A DNA stretch of 64,000 nucleotides from an uncultured Candidatus Poseidoniales archaeon (GCA_964389655.1 CAYMED010000002.1:72430-136429), one strand, 5' to 3'. Numbered from the stretch's first letter, positions 29,261 through 39,300 are shown. The notes: generated from the letters alone by a model not told the origin. Made by a program: numbers and translations.

Positions 29261-30210
29261 ATATGCCTGTACACCCCCGAGCCCGCCCTAATATTCGCAA
29301 TCTCATTATAAGACCACTTTGGATGACACTGAAAGCTGCTTTACGCACGTTCCCAATTATTGGAAAACGATTTGATCATGATCATGTTGGAAAGAAAGTT
29401 GAGATGATGGATTCATCTACAACAAAACGACTGGAAGATAATGCCCATCCCTCCGCAGGCCAAACATATACGGCAGATCGAGAAACCAGTGCTCTTGTCC
29501 CCTCACTCTCACGCCCAGTTACGATATTATACCCCTATGAACGCCTAGAAGATACAGAACCATGGCTTTTCGTCCCGGGAAATTACAATGGCCGCATTGG
29601 AGTGATTTGGGAAACCTGTACTGCCTGCAAGGCATGTGTTCGAATCTGCCCCAATGATTGCTTACACATGACGACAGAATATCGTGTTGATATTCTTGAT
29701 GATGCCGAGGGTGAATGGGCCGGTTTAGGGGGGGAGATCGAAGAGGGCGGATGGGTTGCTACCCCTATTGAATCAGCTAGGGAACATAATGAAAATCGAA
29801 ATCCCATCTTATCCCATGATACCCCATCTCAGGATTGGAAATTTGGTTCTGTCCTAGACTTAACTGGTTCAAGTGCGCGTGTCGCTTGGAATGACACAGG
29901 AGATGAAGAGGCAATGGACCTTAGTCTTCTGACTCGGGCAGAAGAAGAGATTGTTAGTGGCCGCATTGACCTTGGCCGTTGCATGTTTTGTGGACTTTGT
30001 ATGGAATCCTGCAATTTCACATCATTTTTCATGACAAATGAATATGATGGGATGTCTGGTTTTACCCGTGATGACTTGTGGTTTGATGCGTCACGCACTA
30101 GAGTTTTGCCATCAGAACATCAAGAAGCCGTTGACTCTGAACTTGCAAAGCGAGCAACACGTGAGCGATCAAAACGTGAGAGGAAAGCTGGCAAAGGAGG
30201 GGCTAAATGA
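29257..30210 (+). CDS. nuoI: Complex I-like subunit I (2x[4Fe-4S]) with large insertions
   Basis: VTILYP; CTACKACVRICP and IDLGRCMFCGLCMESC motifs; operon position. Confidence 0.9.
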   Translation: MNMPVHPRARPNIRNLIIRPLWMTLKAALRTFPIIGKRFDHDHVGKKVEMMDSSTTKRLEDNAHPSAGQTYTADRETSALVPSLSRPVTILYPYERLEDTEPWLFVPGNYNGRIGVIWETCTACKACVRICPNDCLHMTTEYRVDILDDAEGEWAGLGGEIEEGGWVATPIESAREHNENRNPILSHDTPSQDWKFGSVLDLTGSSARVAWNDTGDEEAMDLSLLTRAEEEIVSGRIDLGRCMFCGLCMESCNFTSFFMTNEYDGMSGFTRDDLWFDASRTRVLPSEHQEAVDSELAKRATRERSKRERKAGKGGAK

Positions 30211-30485
30211 TGTCCGTGTCTCCAATTGAAACTTTTTCTTTCTTGGCCCTCTCTGCAGTTGCCATTGTTGGATCTTTGGGTTTAGTACATGCGAAACGTG
30301 TGGCACATTCTATGTTTTATCTGATCCTTGCCTTCCTTGCCGTTGCAGGAATTTTCTTGATGCAGGGGGCAGAAATATTGGCAGCAGTCCAAATTCTTGT
30401 TTATCTTGGGAGTGTTATGCTCGTTGTTCTTTTTGGCATCATGCTGACGCGGCGTCGAATAATGGATGAGGGGGGCACTCAATGA
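30207..30485 (+). CDS. nuoJ: Complex I-like subunit J, N-terminal half (J1)
   Basis: AEILAAVQILVYLGSVMLVVLFGIML matches NuoJ TM3. Confidence 0.88.
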   Translation: MMSVSPIETFSFLALSAVAIVGSLGLVHAKRVAHSMFYLILAFLAVAGIFLMQGAEILAAVQILVYLGSVMLVVLFGIMLTRRRIMDEGGTQ

Positions 30486-30757
30486 ATCTCTTCAACCTCG
30501 TGGTTCGTGCGGCAGTTATTTTGTTGACAGCGATATTGATTGTGTCCATTGCGAGTGATGAAACCTTGTCAAATGCATCTCCATCATCTGATGTTGATTC
30601 TGTAGACCTTGCTTCTTCAGTACTTACTGATTGGTCTTTCCCACTGGTAGTATTGGGGCTTATATTGTCAATGGCAATGATTGGAGCGGCTTATCTTGTG
30701 CGGGATGAGAGGCTCATTAATCTCGAAGAAGAATCCTTCAGGGGTGATGATCCGTGA
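30482..30757 (+). CDS. Complex I-like subunit J, C-terminal half (J2)
   Basis: VLTDWSFPLVVLGLILSMAMIGAAYL matches the last NuoJ helix; ATGA-type coupling. Split J is known from archaeal Fpo. Confidence 0.78.
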   Translation: MNLFNLVVRAAVILLTAILIVSIASDETLSNASPSSDVDSVDLASSVLTDWSFPLVVLGLILSMAMIGAAYLVRDERLINLEEESFRGDDP

Positions 30758-31056
30758 TTCCCCCTATTTGGGTTGCAACACTAGGTGCCGCATTATTTGG
30801 TATTGGCCTATATGGCGCCATTACTCGTCGGAATGCAATCATCGTATTGATGTGTGTTGAAGTGATTTTAAATGCAGTTAATCTCAATTTTGTTGCTGCC
30901 ACTCAGGTCCATGGAAATGTGGATGGATGGGTATTGGCAATTTTTGCCATAGCAATTGCTGCAGCGGAAGTTGCTATTGGTCTTGCGATTTTCCTTGCGC
31001 TATATGCACAACACGAGACAATCAACCTCGATGAAGTGGTTACCCTAAATGGATGA
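30754..31056 (+). CDS. nuoK: Complex I-like subunit K
   Basis: RRNAIIVLMCVEVILNAVNL and AAAEVAIGLA. Confidence 0.93.
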   Translation: MIPPIWVATLGAALFGIGLYGAITRRNAIIVLMCVEVILNAVNLNFVAATQVHGNVDGWVLAIFAIAIAAAEVAIGLAIFLALYAQHETINLDEVVTLNG

Positions 31057-31066
31057 GGTGAGTATC

Positions 31067-33259
31067 ATGTCAGTGCCAGAGTTCGCAGTTTTCATTCCAA
31101 TCATTCCTATGGTTGCCTTTGGTCTTATCCTCATTTTAGGACAACTAGCCGGGGATTCAAAATGGTGGCGAGGCCCTTTCAAAGAAGGTGGCTCAATAGC
31201 AGTAATTTCTCTGGCAGCGTGTTTGATTCTCACGGTGATTGTTGGTCTGGACGTAACTAAAAATGATCATGGTGGTGAGCCAACTCACATTATCGAATGG
31301 TTACGTACTGATGAAATGAGTCAAGCAAGTGATGGGACATGGTCTGTGCATGAGGCTCCAGCGATTTCTTTTGGAATACAACTCGATCACACATCTCTAA
31401 TGTTACTATTTGTTGCAACATTCCTTTGTTTTCTCATCAGTTGGTTTAGTCTTGGTTATATGAATTCAGATTCGATCAACGAAGGCCGACTTCACAGATT
31501 CTATGCTGAATTTGTTCTTTTTGCATCAGGCATGTTTGGAATGGTCCTCGCTGACTCGTTTCTATGGTTATTCATATTCTGGGAAATTATGGGCCTTTGC
31601 TCATATTTGCTCATAGGATTCTACTTTGATCGTCCATCTGCGGCTGCGGCTGCAAAGAAAGCCTTTCTAACTACGAGAGTTGGGGACGTTTTCCTTCTCG
31701 TCGGTCTCTTGATATTGTATGGTATCTACGGTTCACTAGATTTCGCAGTCATTTTTGCAGATCCATCACTTGGTGGCCTAATTGATGTCAATTTATTACG
31801 CACTGCAATGATTTTGCTATTTGTAGGCGCCGTCGGGAAATCGGCACAATTCCCCCTTCACGTGTGGTTGCCAGATGCAATGGAAGGCCCCACCCCGGTT
31901 TCAGCTCTCATTCATGCAGCTACAATGGTCAATGCTGGGTTGTATCTTGTTGCCCGTATGTATCCTTTCTTTGATGTGGCACATGGCGGCGTGGAAGGCA
32001 TTTCTGATGTGGGCCTTATCATCGCATGGATCGGAGCAATTACTGCGGTCATGGCCGCTCTTCTCGCCTTTGTTCAAATGGACCTCAAGCGTGTGTTAGC
32101 TTATTCCACGATGAGCCAATTGGCGTACATTTTCCTTGGCCTCGGGGTCTCACTTTGGGCGATCAACCGAGGGCATGAAGCATTAGCCGCGTTAGCCATT
32201 GGATCTGCCCTATTCCATTTATTCAATCATGCTATGGCCAAAGGGATGCTCTTCATGGCCTCAGGTTCAGTCATACATGAAATGCATCACGCACACCATG
32301 AGATTGAACACCATAGTGATGGAAATGGCCATTTTGATGCTCAGTCAATGGAGAATATGGGTGGCCTTGCCAGCCGCATGCCAGTAACTTCTCTCGCTAT
32401 GGCAATTGGTTCTGCAAGCATCATTGGCCTTCCTCTTATTGGGGGATTTTGGTCTAAGGAGGGAATAATTGGTTCTGTTTGGCGGGCAGTCATTGAAGAT
32501 GGTGGTTTTGCATTGCTGGTGCCCGCGATCTTAGCAATATTGACTGCTGCAATGACCGGATTTTACATGACTCGTATGTGGGCTATGACCTTCTTAGGTG
32601 AGCCACGAACAGATGTGGCCAAAGGGGTCCATGAACAGACACCTTGGATACGCATGCCTCTTGTTGTGTTGAGCATTGTTTCACTCTTGGGCATTGCCTT
32701 GTTTGCACTTGGCAGCGAAGAGTGGATCACACATGGACTTGTATCTTCACATGAAAGTGGGAGCCATGGTGGGGCGGGAGATCGAATATTACATGCCTTT
32801 ACAGGCGATGGTCTCTATACAGCAGGAGTTACTTGGGTGACAATTATTCTTGCGACCTTCTTTGGTCCGATTTGGGCTTTGAGAATTCATGGTGGTGCTC
32901 TTGATTCAGGACAGAAAGCCTCCTTCCCTATACGATGGTTACCCGGTTTTAGTTCTGGCCTTCCCCCTTATGATCCAACACATTTAGCAACAAGTTCGTT
33001 TGCAGATGCACTACGAAGACGCTTATATTTCGACGAAGTCTATGACGCACTCATTCGCAAATTTGTTGTTGGTTGTGCGGCAATTTGTGCAATTTTCGAT
33101 AGAAGAGCAGTTGACGGGGTCGTCAAACAAGTGGAATCAAAATCGATTGCTGCAAGCCACTGGATTCGAAAATTTACAACAGGTAGTGCACGGGATTACA
33201 TCGCCATGGCTTCGATTGGAATTATTTCGATTTTCATAATAATTGGGGGCTCGACCTAA
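31067..33259 (+). CDS. nuoL: Complex I-like antiporter subunit L
   Basis: WEIMGLCSYLLIGF, GKSAQFPLHVWLPDAMEGPTPVSALIHAATMV and GFWSKE. Confidence 0.95.
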   Translation: MSVPEFAVFIPIIPMVAFGLILILGQLAGDSKWWRGPFKEGGSIAVISLAACLILTVIVGLDVTKNDHGGEPTHIIEWLRTDEMSQASDGTWSVHEAPAISFGIQLDHTSLMLLFVATFLCFLISWFSLGYMNSDSINEGRLHRFYAEFVLFASGMFGMVLADSFLWLFIFWEIMGLCSYLLIGFYFDRPSAAAAAKKAFLTTRVGDVFLLVGLLILYGIYGSLDFAVIFADPSLGGLIDVNLLRTAMILLFVGAVGKSAQFPLHVWLPDAMEGPTPVSALIHAATMVNAGLYLVARMYPFFDVAHGGVEGISDVGLIIAWIGAITAVMAALLAFVQMDLKRVLAYSTMSQLAYIFLGLGVSLWAINRGHEALAALAIGSALFHLFNHAMAKGMLFMASGSVIHEMHHAHHEIEHHSDGNGHFDAQSMENMGGLASRMPVTSLAMAIGSASIIGLPLIGGFWSKEGIIGSVWRAVIEDGGFALLVPAILAILTAAMTGFYMTRMWAMTFLGEPRTDVAKGVHEQTPWIRMPLVVLSIVSLLGIALFALGSEEWITHGLVSSHESGSHGGAGDRILHAFTGDGLYTAGVTWVTIILATFFGPIWALRIHGGALDSGQKASFPIRWLPGFSSGLPPYDPTHLATSSFADALRRRLYFDEVYDALIRKFVVGCAAICAIFDRRAVDGVVKQVESKSIAASHWIRKFTTGSARDYIAMASIGIISIFIIIGGST

Positions 33260-34848
33260 TGTCATCTATTCTAACTCCATTGATTTTGGGCCCTCTAGCC
33301 ATTAGTATGATTGGAATTCTTATTGGCTGGGCATCTCCAAGGGACAAGCAAACTTCAGTTGATGAAGCAGTTAAGCGATTAATGCTGGCAATATCTCTTT
33401 TGATATTTGCAATTGTCACTTTCCTTTGGATTGACCTTTCAAAGGGCCTTTCAACCCTCGGATGGAATGACTATTTGCTTTTTGATGCATCAAATTGGAT
33501 ACCATCAATTGGGGTTTCGTGGATCGTTGGTGTTGATGGCCTTTCATTCCCGATGGTCTGGCTCACTGCCTTCCTTGTTCCTGTATCCATGATCGTCTCT
33601 TGGAATGAACCGAGGGGAAGGTATTTCCATTCACTCCTTCTTTTTATGGAGTCTGCTCTACTCGGGGTTTTCGTTGCTTTAGACATGATGATGTTCTACA
33701 TTTTCTATGAATTTACACTCATACCAATGTTCTTCCTCATCCTCAATTGGGGCGGAGATGACCGGCGCTATGCTGCTCAAAAATTTATGATTTACACATT
33801 CACCGCATCGGTGATCATGTTAGCCGGACTATTGGCTACTTATTGGCTACAGGGGGATGTATGTGGAACCTCTTCGATTACTGGACGATGTTTTGATCTC
33901 ACAATTTCAGCATCGGCAGCAAATGCTGCCGGTTCAAGCTTCCTCGGTGGCTTGGGCATGCAGCGTTTTGTTTTCCTTCTTTTCTTGATTGGCTTTTTGA
34001 CAAAATTACCATCTGTGCCGGTCCATACCTGGCTTCCTGACGCGCACGTTCAAGCCCCCACTGCTGGATCCATGCTATTGGCTGGTGTGATGTTGAAAAT
34101 GGGCGGATATGGTTTACTCCGCTTTGGCCTTTTATTATTCCCAGGTGCCGTCATTGATTTCAGACTCGTCCTCATCATATTTGGCATGATTTCAGTAGTA
34201 TATGGGGCATTTGTTTGCCTTGGCCAAACCAATCTCAAACGAATGATTGCTTACTCTTCAATATCTCATATGGGTTTGATTCTCATAGGTCTAGCAACCT
34301 TGACTCCCTTGGGTATCACTGGAGCGATCTTCATGCTCTTTGCTCATGGCCTCATTTCCCCTTTATTATTCGGCGTATGTGGTGCTTTCAAACACCATTA
34401 CCACACTATGGAGATTGGTTCTATGCGCGGTCTAGCCCGCCATGCTCCATGGCTTGCCGCATTCATGATGATTGGATGGATGGCAAGTTTGGGCTTGCCC
34501 TTGCTTGCAGGATTTGTCGCAGAACTTACGATCCTCATCGCTTTTTGGCAGGCATATGGTTGGTGGGTAATCCCCTTGGCCCTAACGCTCGTACTTACAG
34601 CAGGATATTACCTTTGGTCAATGCAACGCACGATATTTGAAGGAGGCTTAGATGGGGAACTCCCAGAAGGGATCAAACCCCATCAAGCTAGGGATCTGTC
34701 GTATTCTGAGATTGCAGGCTTCTTTCTTCTAACGCTTCCAATCCTTCTATTCGGAATCCTTCCATTCCTAGTGTGGGAAATGATGGCAAACCATAGTGCA
34801 GAAGTACTTGATCTGACGGTTGCGAAAGCATTGGGTTGGGGGGGATGA
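33259..34848 (+). CDS. nuoM: Complex I-like antiporter subunit M
   Basis: GVDGLS, PVHTWLPDAHVQAPTAGS and LKRMIAYSSISHMG. Confidence 0.95.
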   Translation: MSSILTPLILGPLAISMIGILIGWASPRDKQTSVDEAVKRLMLAISLLIFAIVTFLWIDLSKGLSTLGWNDYLLFDASNWIPSIGVSWIVGVDGLSFPMVWLTAFLVPVSMIVSWNEPRGRYFHSLLLFMESALLGVFVALDMMMFYIFYEFTLIPMFFLILNWGGDDRRYAAQKFMIYTFTASVIMLAGLLATYWLQGDVCGTSSITGRCFDLTISASAANAAGSSFLGGLGMQRFVFLLFLIGFLTKLPSVPVHTWLPDAHVQAPTAGSMLLAGVMLKMGGYGLLRFGLLLFPGAVIDFRLVLIIFGMISVVYGAFVCLGQTNLKRMIAYSSISHMGLILIGLATLTPLGITGAIFMLFAHGLISPLLFGVCGAFKHHYHTMEIGSMRGLARHAPWLAAFMMIGWMASLGLPLLAGFVAELTILIAFWQAYGWWVIPLALTLVLTAGYYLWSMQRTIFEGGLDGELPEGIKPHQARDLSYSEIAGFFLLTLPILLFGILPFLVWEMMANHSAEVLDLTVAKALGWGG

Positions 34849-34851
34849 TGT

Positions 34852-36615
34852 ATGTTTAATGTCGCATTATTCTCAATCAATCAAGCCACAGCGGCTTCGA
34901 TGTTACCTGAATTAACAATCCTAGTTGGCATTATTCTCCTGATTGTAGTCCCTAATCTCGGAGATAGCACATTTCGCCTTCCCTTTTCTCAAGCCCGTAT
35001 CCCTTGGCTATTTGGGGGAAAAAGGCACGGATGGTCATCTCACCCAGCAGTTCCTGGAATGATTTCTAGCATGATTCTTCTCTTTGCTCTTCTCTTTGCT
35101 TTAGGTTCACAAATGGGTGACGTAAATCCTCTCTTTGGTCCAGCATCTCACATCAGTGAAATAGGTAATGAGGATGGCAAACCTTTGCTTCGTATTGATG
35201 CGTTTAGCCGCATTATCGAATTGGTTGCCTATGGCGCTTTGCTGTTGGCGGCCATTGCGTCCATGCACAGGATGCCGGCAACAGATCCTGAAAGCATCCC
35301 CCGCACCCCGCGCGCAGGCAGGAGTGCTGAAACAAGCCGCATTCAGTCAATGCTCGATAATCGCCGACAAGTTGATTTCCACTTGTTGCTATTATTTGCA
35401 GCATTTGGGATGTCCGTGGTTGCTCTTGCCCAGCACCTGTTTGTCTTCTTCTTGGGACTAGAGCTTGCAGCGATGTCCATGGGTGTCCTAATTGCCTTTC
35501 ACAAGGAGGATAAAGCGAGTACAGAAGCCGGTGCCAAATATTTCATTGTTGGTGCGGTATCATCTGCTGTAGGTCTTTATGGAATTTCTCTTCTCCATTT
35601 GTGGTCTGGTGATTTAAGATTTGAATCTCTAGCATCTGCTTGGGCAGCAGAGCAACATAATCGTTCATTTTTAGCCATTCTAGGTGTTACTCTATTTATC
35701 TGCGCCATGGGTTTCAAAGTCAGTGCAGCACCGTTCCATTTTGCAGCCCCTGATGCTTATGCGGGCGCATCAAGTCCTGTTGCAGGAGTTCTAGCGACAG
35801 CATCTAAGGCACTTGGCATCGTTGGAATGCTTCGCATCCTTAGCATCGCTTTGCCAACAGGGGGTACAGATACTGCAATTTGGCTTCCGATGCTTGCATT
35901 GCTCAGCATAGTTACGATGACATGGGGGAATTTAGCCGCCCTTGATAGTCGTAACCCAAAACGAATGCTAGCCTATTCGAGCGTTGCCCATGCCGGATAC
36001 ATGCTTGCAGCAATTGCTGCAGTGGGTGCATGGAAAGGTGGGTTGGGTGGGGATGAGGCAAAAGGTGCTGCCGAATTGGTTTTGACTGCTGTGATCGTCC
36101 ACCTTGTTGTCCTTGTAGCATTCAAAGTAGGCGCATTCCTTGTATTGACTATGCTCGAAACAGAGGGAACATCCCATCGTCTTGATGACCTGAAGGGCCT
36201 TGCCCGTAGAGACCCAATATTAGCATGTTCAATGTTCATCTTCATGCTTGCTTTAGCAGGCATTCCTCCATTGTCGGGCTTCCTTTCAAAGATGATGATG
36301 GTTCTTGGAGTTCTTGAGATTAGCACAGCAGACCCCGTGGCATCTTCCTCAATGTCAGGTGCGGCACTTGGGATCAACTGGTTGTTTTGGCTTGCCCTTG
36401 CCTTGCTCCTGAATAGTGCTCTTTCGTTGTTCTATTATCTTAGGATTGGTGTTGTCATGTTCTTCGAAGACCCAGATAGAAACCGAAGCCTCCCTTCGGC
36501 ACTAGGTGTCCGAGCAGCGATTATTATTTGCGCAATTGGTACAATTGGATTAGGGGTTTGGCCAGAGCCATTGCTGAATTTTGCTCACAATGCAGCGGAG
36601 CAATTCCTGTCCTGA
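34852..36615 (+). CDS. nuoN: Complex I-like antiporter subunit N
   Basis: EAGAKYF, FKVSAAPFHFAAPDAY, KRMLAYSSVAHAGY, LAGIPPLSGF and YYLR. Confidence 0.93.
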   Translation: MFNVALFSINQATAASMLPELTILVGIILLIVVPNLGDSTFRLPFSQARIPWLFGGKRHGWSSHPAVPGMISSMILLFALLFALGSQMGDVNPLFGPASHISEIGNEDGKPLLRIDAFSRIIELVAYGALLLAAIASMHRMPATDPESIPRTPRAGRSAETSRIQSMLDNRRQVDFHLLLLFAAFGMSVVALAQHLFVFFLGLELAAMSMGVLIAFHKEDKASTEAGAKYFIVGAVSSAVGLYGISLLHLWSGDLRFESLASAWAAEQHNRSFLAILGVTLFICAMGFKVSAAPFHFAAPDAYAGASSPVAGVLATASKALGIVGMLRILSIALPTGGTDTAIWLPMLALLSIVTMTWGNLAALDSRNPKRMLAYSSVAHAGYMLAAIAAVGAWKGGLGGDEAKGAAELVLTAVIVHLVVLVAFKVGAFLVLTMLETEGTSHRLDDLKGLARRDPILACSMFIFMLALAGIPPLSGFLSKMMMVLGVLEISTADPVASSSMSGAALGINWLFWLALALLLNSALSLFYYLRIGVVMFFEDPDRNRSLPSALGVRAAIIICAIGTIGLGVWPEPLLNFAHNAAEQFLS

Positions 36616-36663
36616 AGATGTAGCGGCGGATTCATCAACCCCACTCGCCCGCCATAATTTCAC

Positions 36664-37173
36664 ATGGGACGCCGCGAAGAGACGGTAGATGAGGAATACC
36701 TCGCCCAATTAGAGTCAGGAGATGGCCCATCAACTGGTCTCCGAGTGAAGATGCCGAATAAGAAAATCAATGAAATGTTTGCAATTGCCGATCAGATTCT
36801 TGGCGGTCGTCGCGTGCGCGTTATTTGTGAAGATGGACAAACCCGGCTTGCCAGAATTCCGGGTAAAATGCGGCGACGAGAATGGGTTCGGGAAAATGAC
36901 TTGATTGTCATTTTACCTTGGGACTTCCAAGATGCCAAATGTGATGTTCGCCATCGATATAACAAAACTCAGGCTCTCTATCTTTCTCGCAAAAAAGCCA
37001 TCCCCGAGGTGGTTGATATCTTTGGAATGGGCGACATTAATACTGATGATGGTGATGACGAACTTTGGGGGGATGGTAATGTTGAGACCCCATCAGCAGA
37101 TAACCAGGTTTCTGAAATAGATGGAGAAGTTCCCCCTGATGTGGATGATGACGGCTTGTGGAGTTCGGACTGA
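36664..37173 (+). CDS. eif1a: Translation initiation factor aIF-1A with acidic C-terminal tail
   Basis: LGGRRVRVICEDGQTRLARIPGKMRRREWVRENDLIVILPW. Confidence 0.93.
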   Translation: MGRREETVDEEYLAQLESGDGPSTGLRVKMPNKKINEMFAIADQILGGRRVRVICEDGQTRLARIPGKMRRREWVRENDLIVILPWDFQDAKCDVRHRYNKTQALYLSRKKAIPEVVDIFGMGDINTDDGDDELWGDGNVETPSADNQVSEIDGEVPPDVDDDGLWSSD

Positions 37174-37182
37174 GGGCCGGCA

Positions 37183-38100
37183 ATGGGTCGCCAAGGCCGC
37201 CGCAAGCGCCGCACTCTTTGGGAAAAGCAATCGAGAACAGATCATCAAGATGGGGATGGCCCAAATTTTGGAGGACATGAGGACAAATACGCGTGGATGG
37301 ATGAGCCCAAATCGGCTCAAATGTTTGCGCGTATTGAAAGCCGCCTTCAGGGTGTGCTAGCATCAACGAGTGACAAATCAAGCCGTATTGTTCTTGATGA
37401 GGTCTTTGACCATCAAACACTTCTTGCTCTCTATAAACTGATGCAAGGCGGCCATATTGACACACTTGAACATGTAATTGCTAGGGGAAAAGAAGCTCAT
37501 GTCTTCTGGGGGGAGAGTGATGATGGACCAGTAGCTGTCAAAATATTTCACACATCGAATGCGGTTTTCAAAAATTTAGTGCAATATATCGAAGGTGACC
37601 CTCGATTTGGTGGCCTGAAACGAAAAAGGCGGGATCTTGTCACAATTTGGGTTCGGAAGGAACATAGGAATGCAATTCGCATGCGGAAAGCAGGCGTCCG
37701 CGTTCCAAAACCATTGGCTTGTCACCGCAATGTACTTGTTATGGAACATATCGGAGATCCGACATCATCAGCACCTAGACTTCAATCAGTAACTGTTCCA
37801 AACCCCCCTGATATATTAGATGAATTAGTTGAATCAGTGTCCAAAATATGGCACCACGCAAAATTAGTTCATGCAGACCTCTCACCATATAATGTATTGA
37901 TGCACAATGGTTTGCCTTGGATCATTGATGTTGGACAATCAGTTTCTATTCGCCACCCACGAGCCGAAGAGTGGTTAATCCGCGATGTCGAAAAATTAGT
38001 TCATTGGGCGAATAAATGTGGGCTTGTAACTTCTCTCGAGGAAATCCTCGCCCATGTACTAGAAGGTGTTGGACTTAAATCAGGGGATTCTGAAGAGTGA
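37183..38100 (+). CDS. rio1: RIO1 family Ser/Thr kinase
   Basis: GKEAHVF, AVKIF, LVHADLSPYNV and IIDVGQSV; conserved aIF1A-rio1-dim2 order. Confidence 0.93.
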   Translation: MGRQGRRKRRTLWEKQSRTDHQDGDGPNFGGHEDKYAWMDEPKSAQMFARIESRLQGVLASTSDKSSRIVLDEVFDHQTLLALYKLMQGGHIDTLEHVIARGKEAHVFWGESDDGPVAVKIFHTSNAVFKNLVQYIEGDPRFGGLKRKRRDLVTIWVRKEHRNAIRMRKAGVRVPKPLACHRNVLVMEHIGDPTSSAPRLQSVTVPNPPDILDELVESVSKIWHHAKLVHADLSPYNVLMHNGLPWIIDVGQSVSIRHPRAEEWLIRDVEKLVHWANKCGLVTSLEEILAHVLEGVGLKSGDSEE

Positions 38101-38128
38101 ACATGTCAGGCGGAGTACTCAAAGCGAA

Positions 38129-38872
38129 ATGCTAGAGAGGAAGGTTGTGGAACAGCAGTTAACTCGCATCCCGCGTGATCGAATTGCAGTGCTAATTGGC
38201 CGCAAAGGGTCAACCCGGCGAGAACTTGAAAGCATCACGAAATCAAATATTGAAATTGATTCTGAAACGGGCGATGTTAGAGTAACTTGGTCTGAAGACT
38301 CAGATCCAATCCATGTACTGAAACTCCCTAATTTAATCCAAGCCATCGGAAGGGGAATGCCACCTTCGAAAGCAGTAGAATTACTTGGAGATGAAACAAT
38401 GTTTGAATTATTGGATATTCGGCAGTGGGTGGGAAAAAGGTCGAACCAACAACGCCGCATGCGATCTCGTATTATTGGTCGAAATGGAAGGATTCGTGCA
38501 ACTATTGAGGATCATACTGGGTGTGAAATATGCGTTTATGGCCATACAATTGCCCTAATTGGTGATGTTAGTGGACTTTCTCTTGCTAGAAATTCACTTG
38601 AAATGCTGCTAAATGGATCTGAACATTCGAGTGTTTTACGCTTTTTAGAGAAGAGAGGGCGAGAGCGCCGTCAAAATGCGCGAAGTCTTGACACGATTTC
38701 AGAGCGAGATGATCCACTTGGCCGTTTTGATGCTCTTGTTCCTGGACTTTCCCTAGCCCGCAATCGCCATCGTCGTTTGAAAGCAACTCACGTTGATATC
38801 AGAAATCAAGAGGAAGTAGAAGCGGTCATGGAATTAGAGGGTGATGAATCAATAATTTATGCTGAAGAGTGA
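38129..38872 (+). CDS. KH-domain pre-rRNA processing protein Dim2/Pno1 with C-terminal extension
   Basis: IPRDRIAVLIGRKG, AIGRG and RIIGRNG KH motifs. Confidence 0.9.
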   Translation: MLERKVVEQQLTRIPRDRIAVLIGRKGSTRRELESITKSNIEIDSETGDVRVTWSEDSDPIHVLKLPNLIQAIGRGMPPSKAVELLGDETMFELLDIRQWVGKRSNQQRRMRSRIIGRNGRIRATIEDHTGCEICVYGHTIALIGDVSGLSLARNSLEMLLNGSEHSSVLRFLEKRGRERRQNARSLDTISERDDPLGRFDALVPGLSLARNRHRRLKATHVDIRNQEEVEAVMELEGDESIIYAEE

Positions 38873-39300
38873 GTTTGTTCGACCTCAATCTCTTTTGCTA
38901 GTTCCCGAATTTTCTCAAACATATTGAGAAATCCATTTGATCGACTAGGTGTTAGTGTCTGAGCTAACCCAAGGTCATGAATGAATGAGGGACTCATTGT
39001 TACAACTTCGGAAGGCTCGAGACCCGTAACTGCTGCTGTTGTGATTGCAATTAATCCTTGAACAATTTGAGCATCAGCAGCACCTTGTAATTGCAATCCA
39101 TTCTCAGTGTACTGTAAATGCACATGGGCTTCAGACTGGCATCCATGTACTCTCGTTGCTTCATTCCACATTTCAACAGGCAAGATATTCACTTTTGTAG
39201 CCAAGTCAAATAACATCTCAAATCTCTCTAATGGATCATCGATGTAAGCGAATTCTTCAATGATTGCCTGTAATGACGCTGGCCAGTGGCTTGAACTCAT
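38857..39300 (-). CDS. sufE: SufE family sulfur acceptor protein
   Basis: RVHGCQSEAH, ADAQIVQGL and LTPSRSNG. Confidence 0.9.
   Translation of the reverse strand: MSSSHWPASLQAIIEEFAYIDDPLERFEMLFDLATKVNILPVEMWNEATRVHGCQSEAHVHLQYTENGLQLQGAADAQIVQGLIAITTAAVTGLEPSEVVTMSPSFIHDLGLAQTLTPSRSNGFLNMFEKIRELAKEIEVEQTHSSA

Noticed and set aside
24853-36615. Group 4 [NiFe] hydrogenase
   Set aside because: The large subunit lacks complete CxxC pairs, NuoB has the tandem CC of complex I, and there are no maturation genes.
36631-36638. Degenerate TATA-like boxes (TTCATCAA, TTCATGAC, TTCTTGAA) about 20-25 nt before several start codons
   Set aside because: Consistent with leaderless promoters but too degenerate to call without motif statistics or TSS data.
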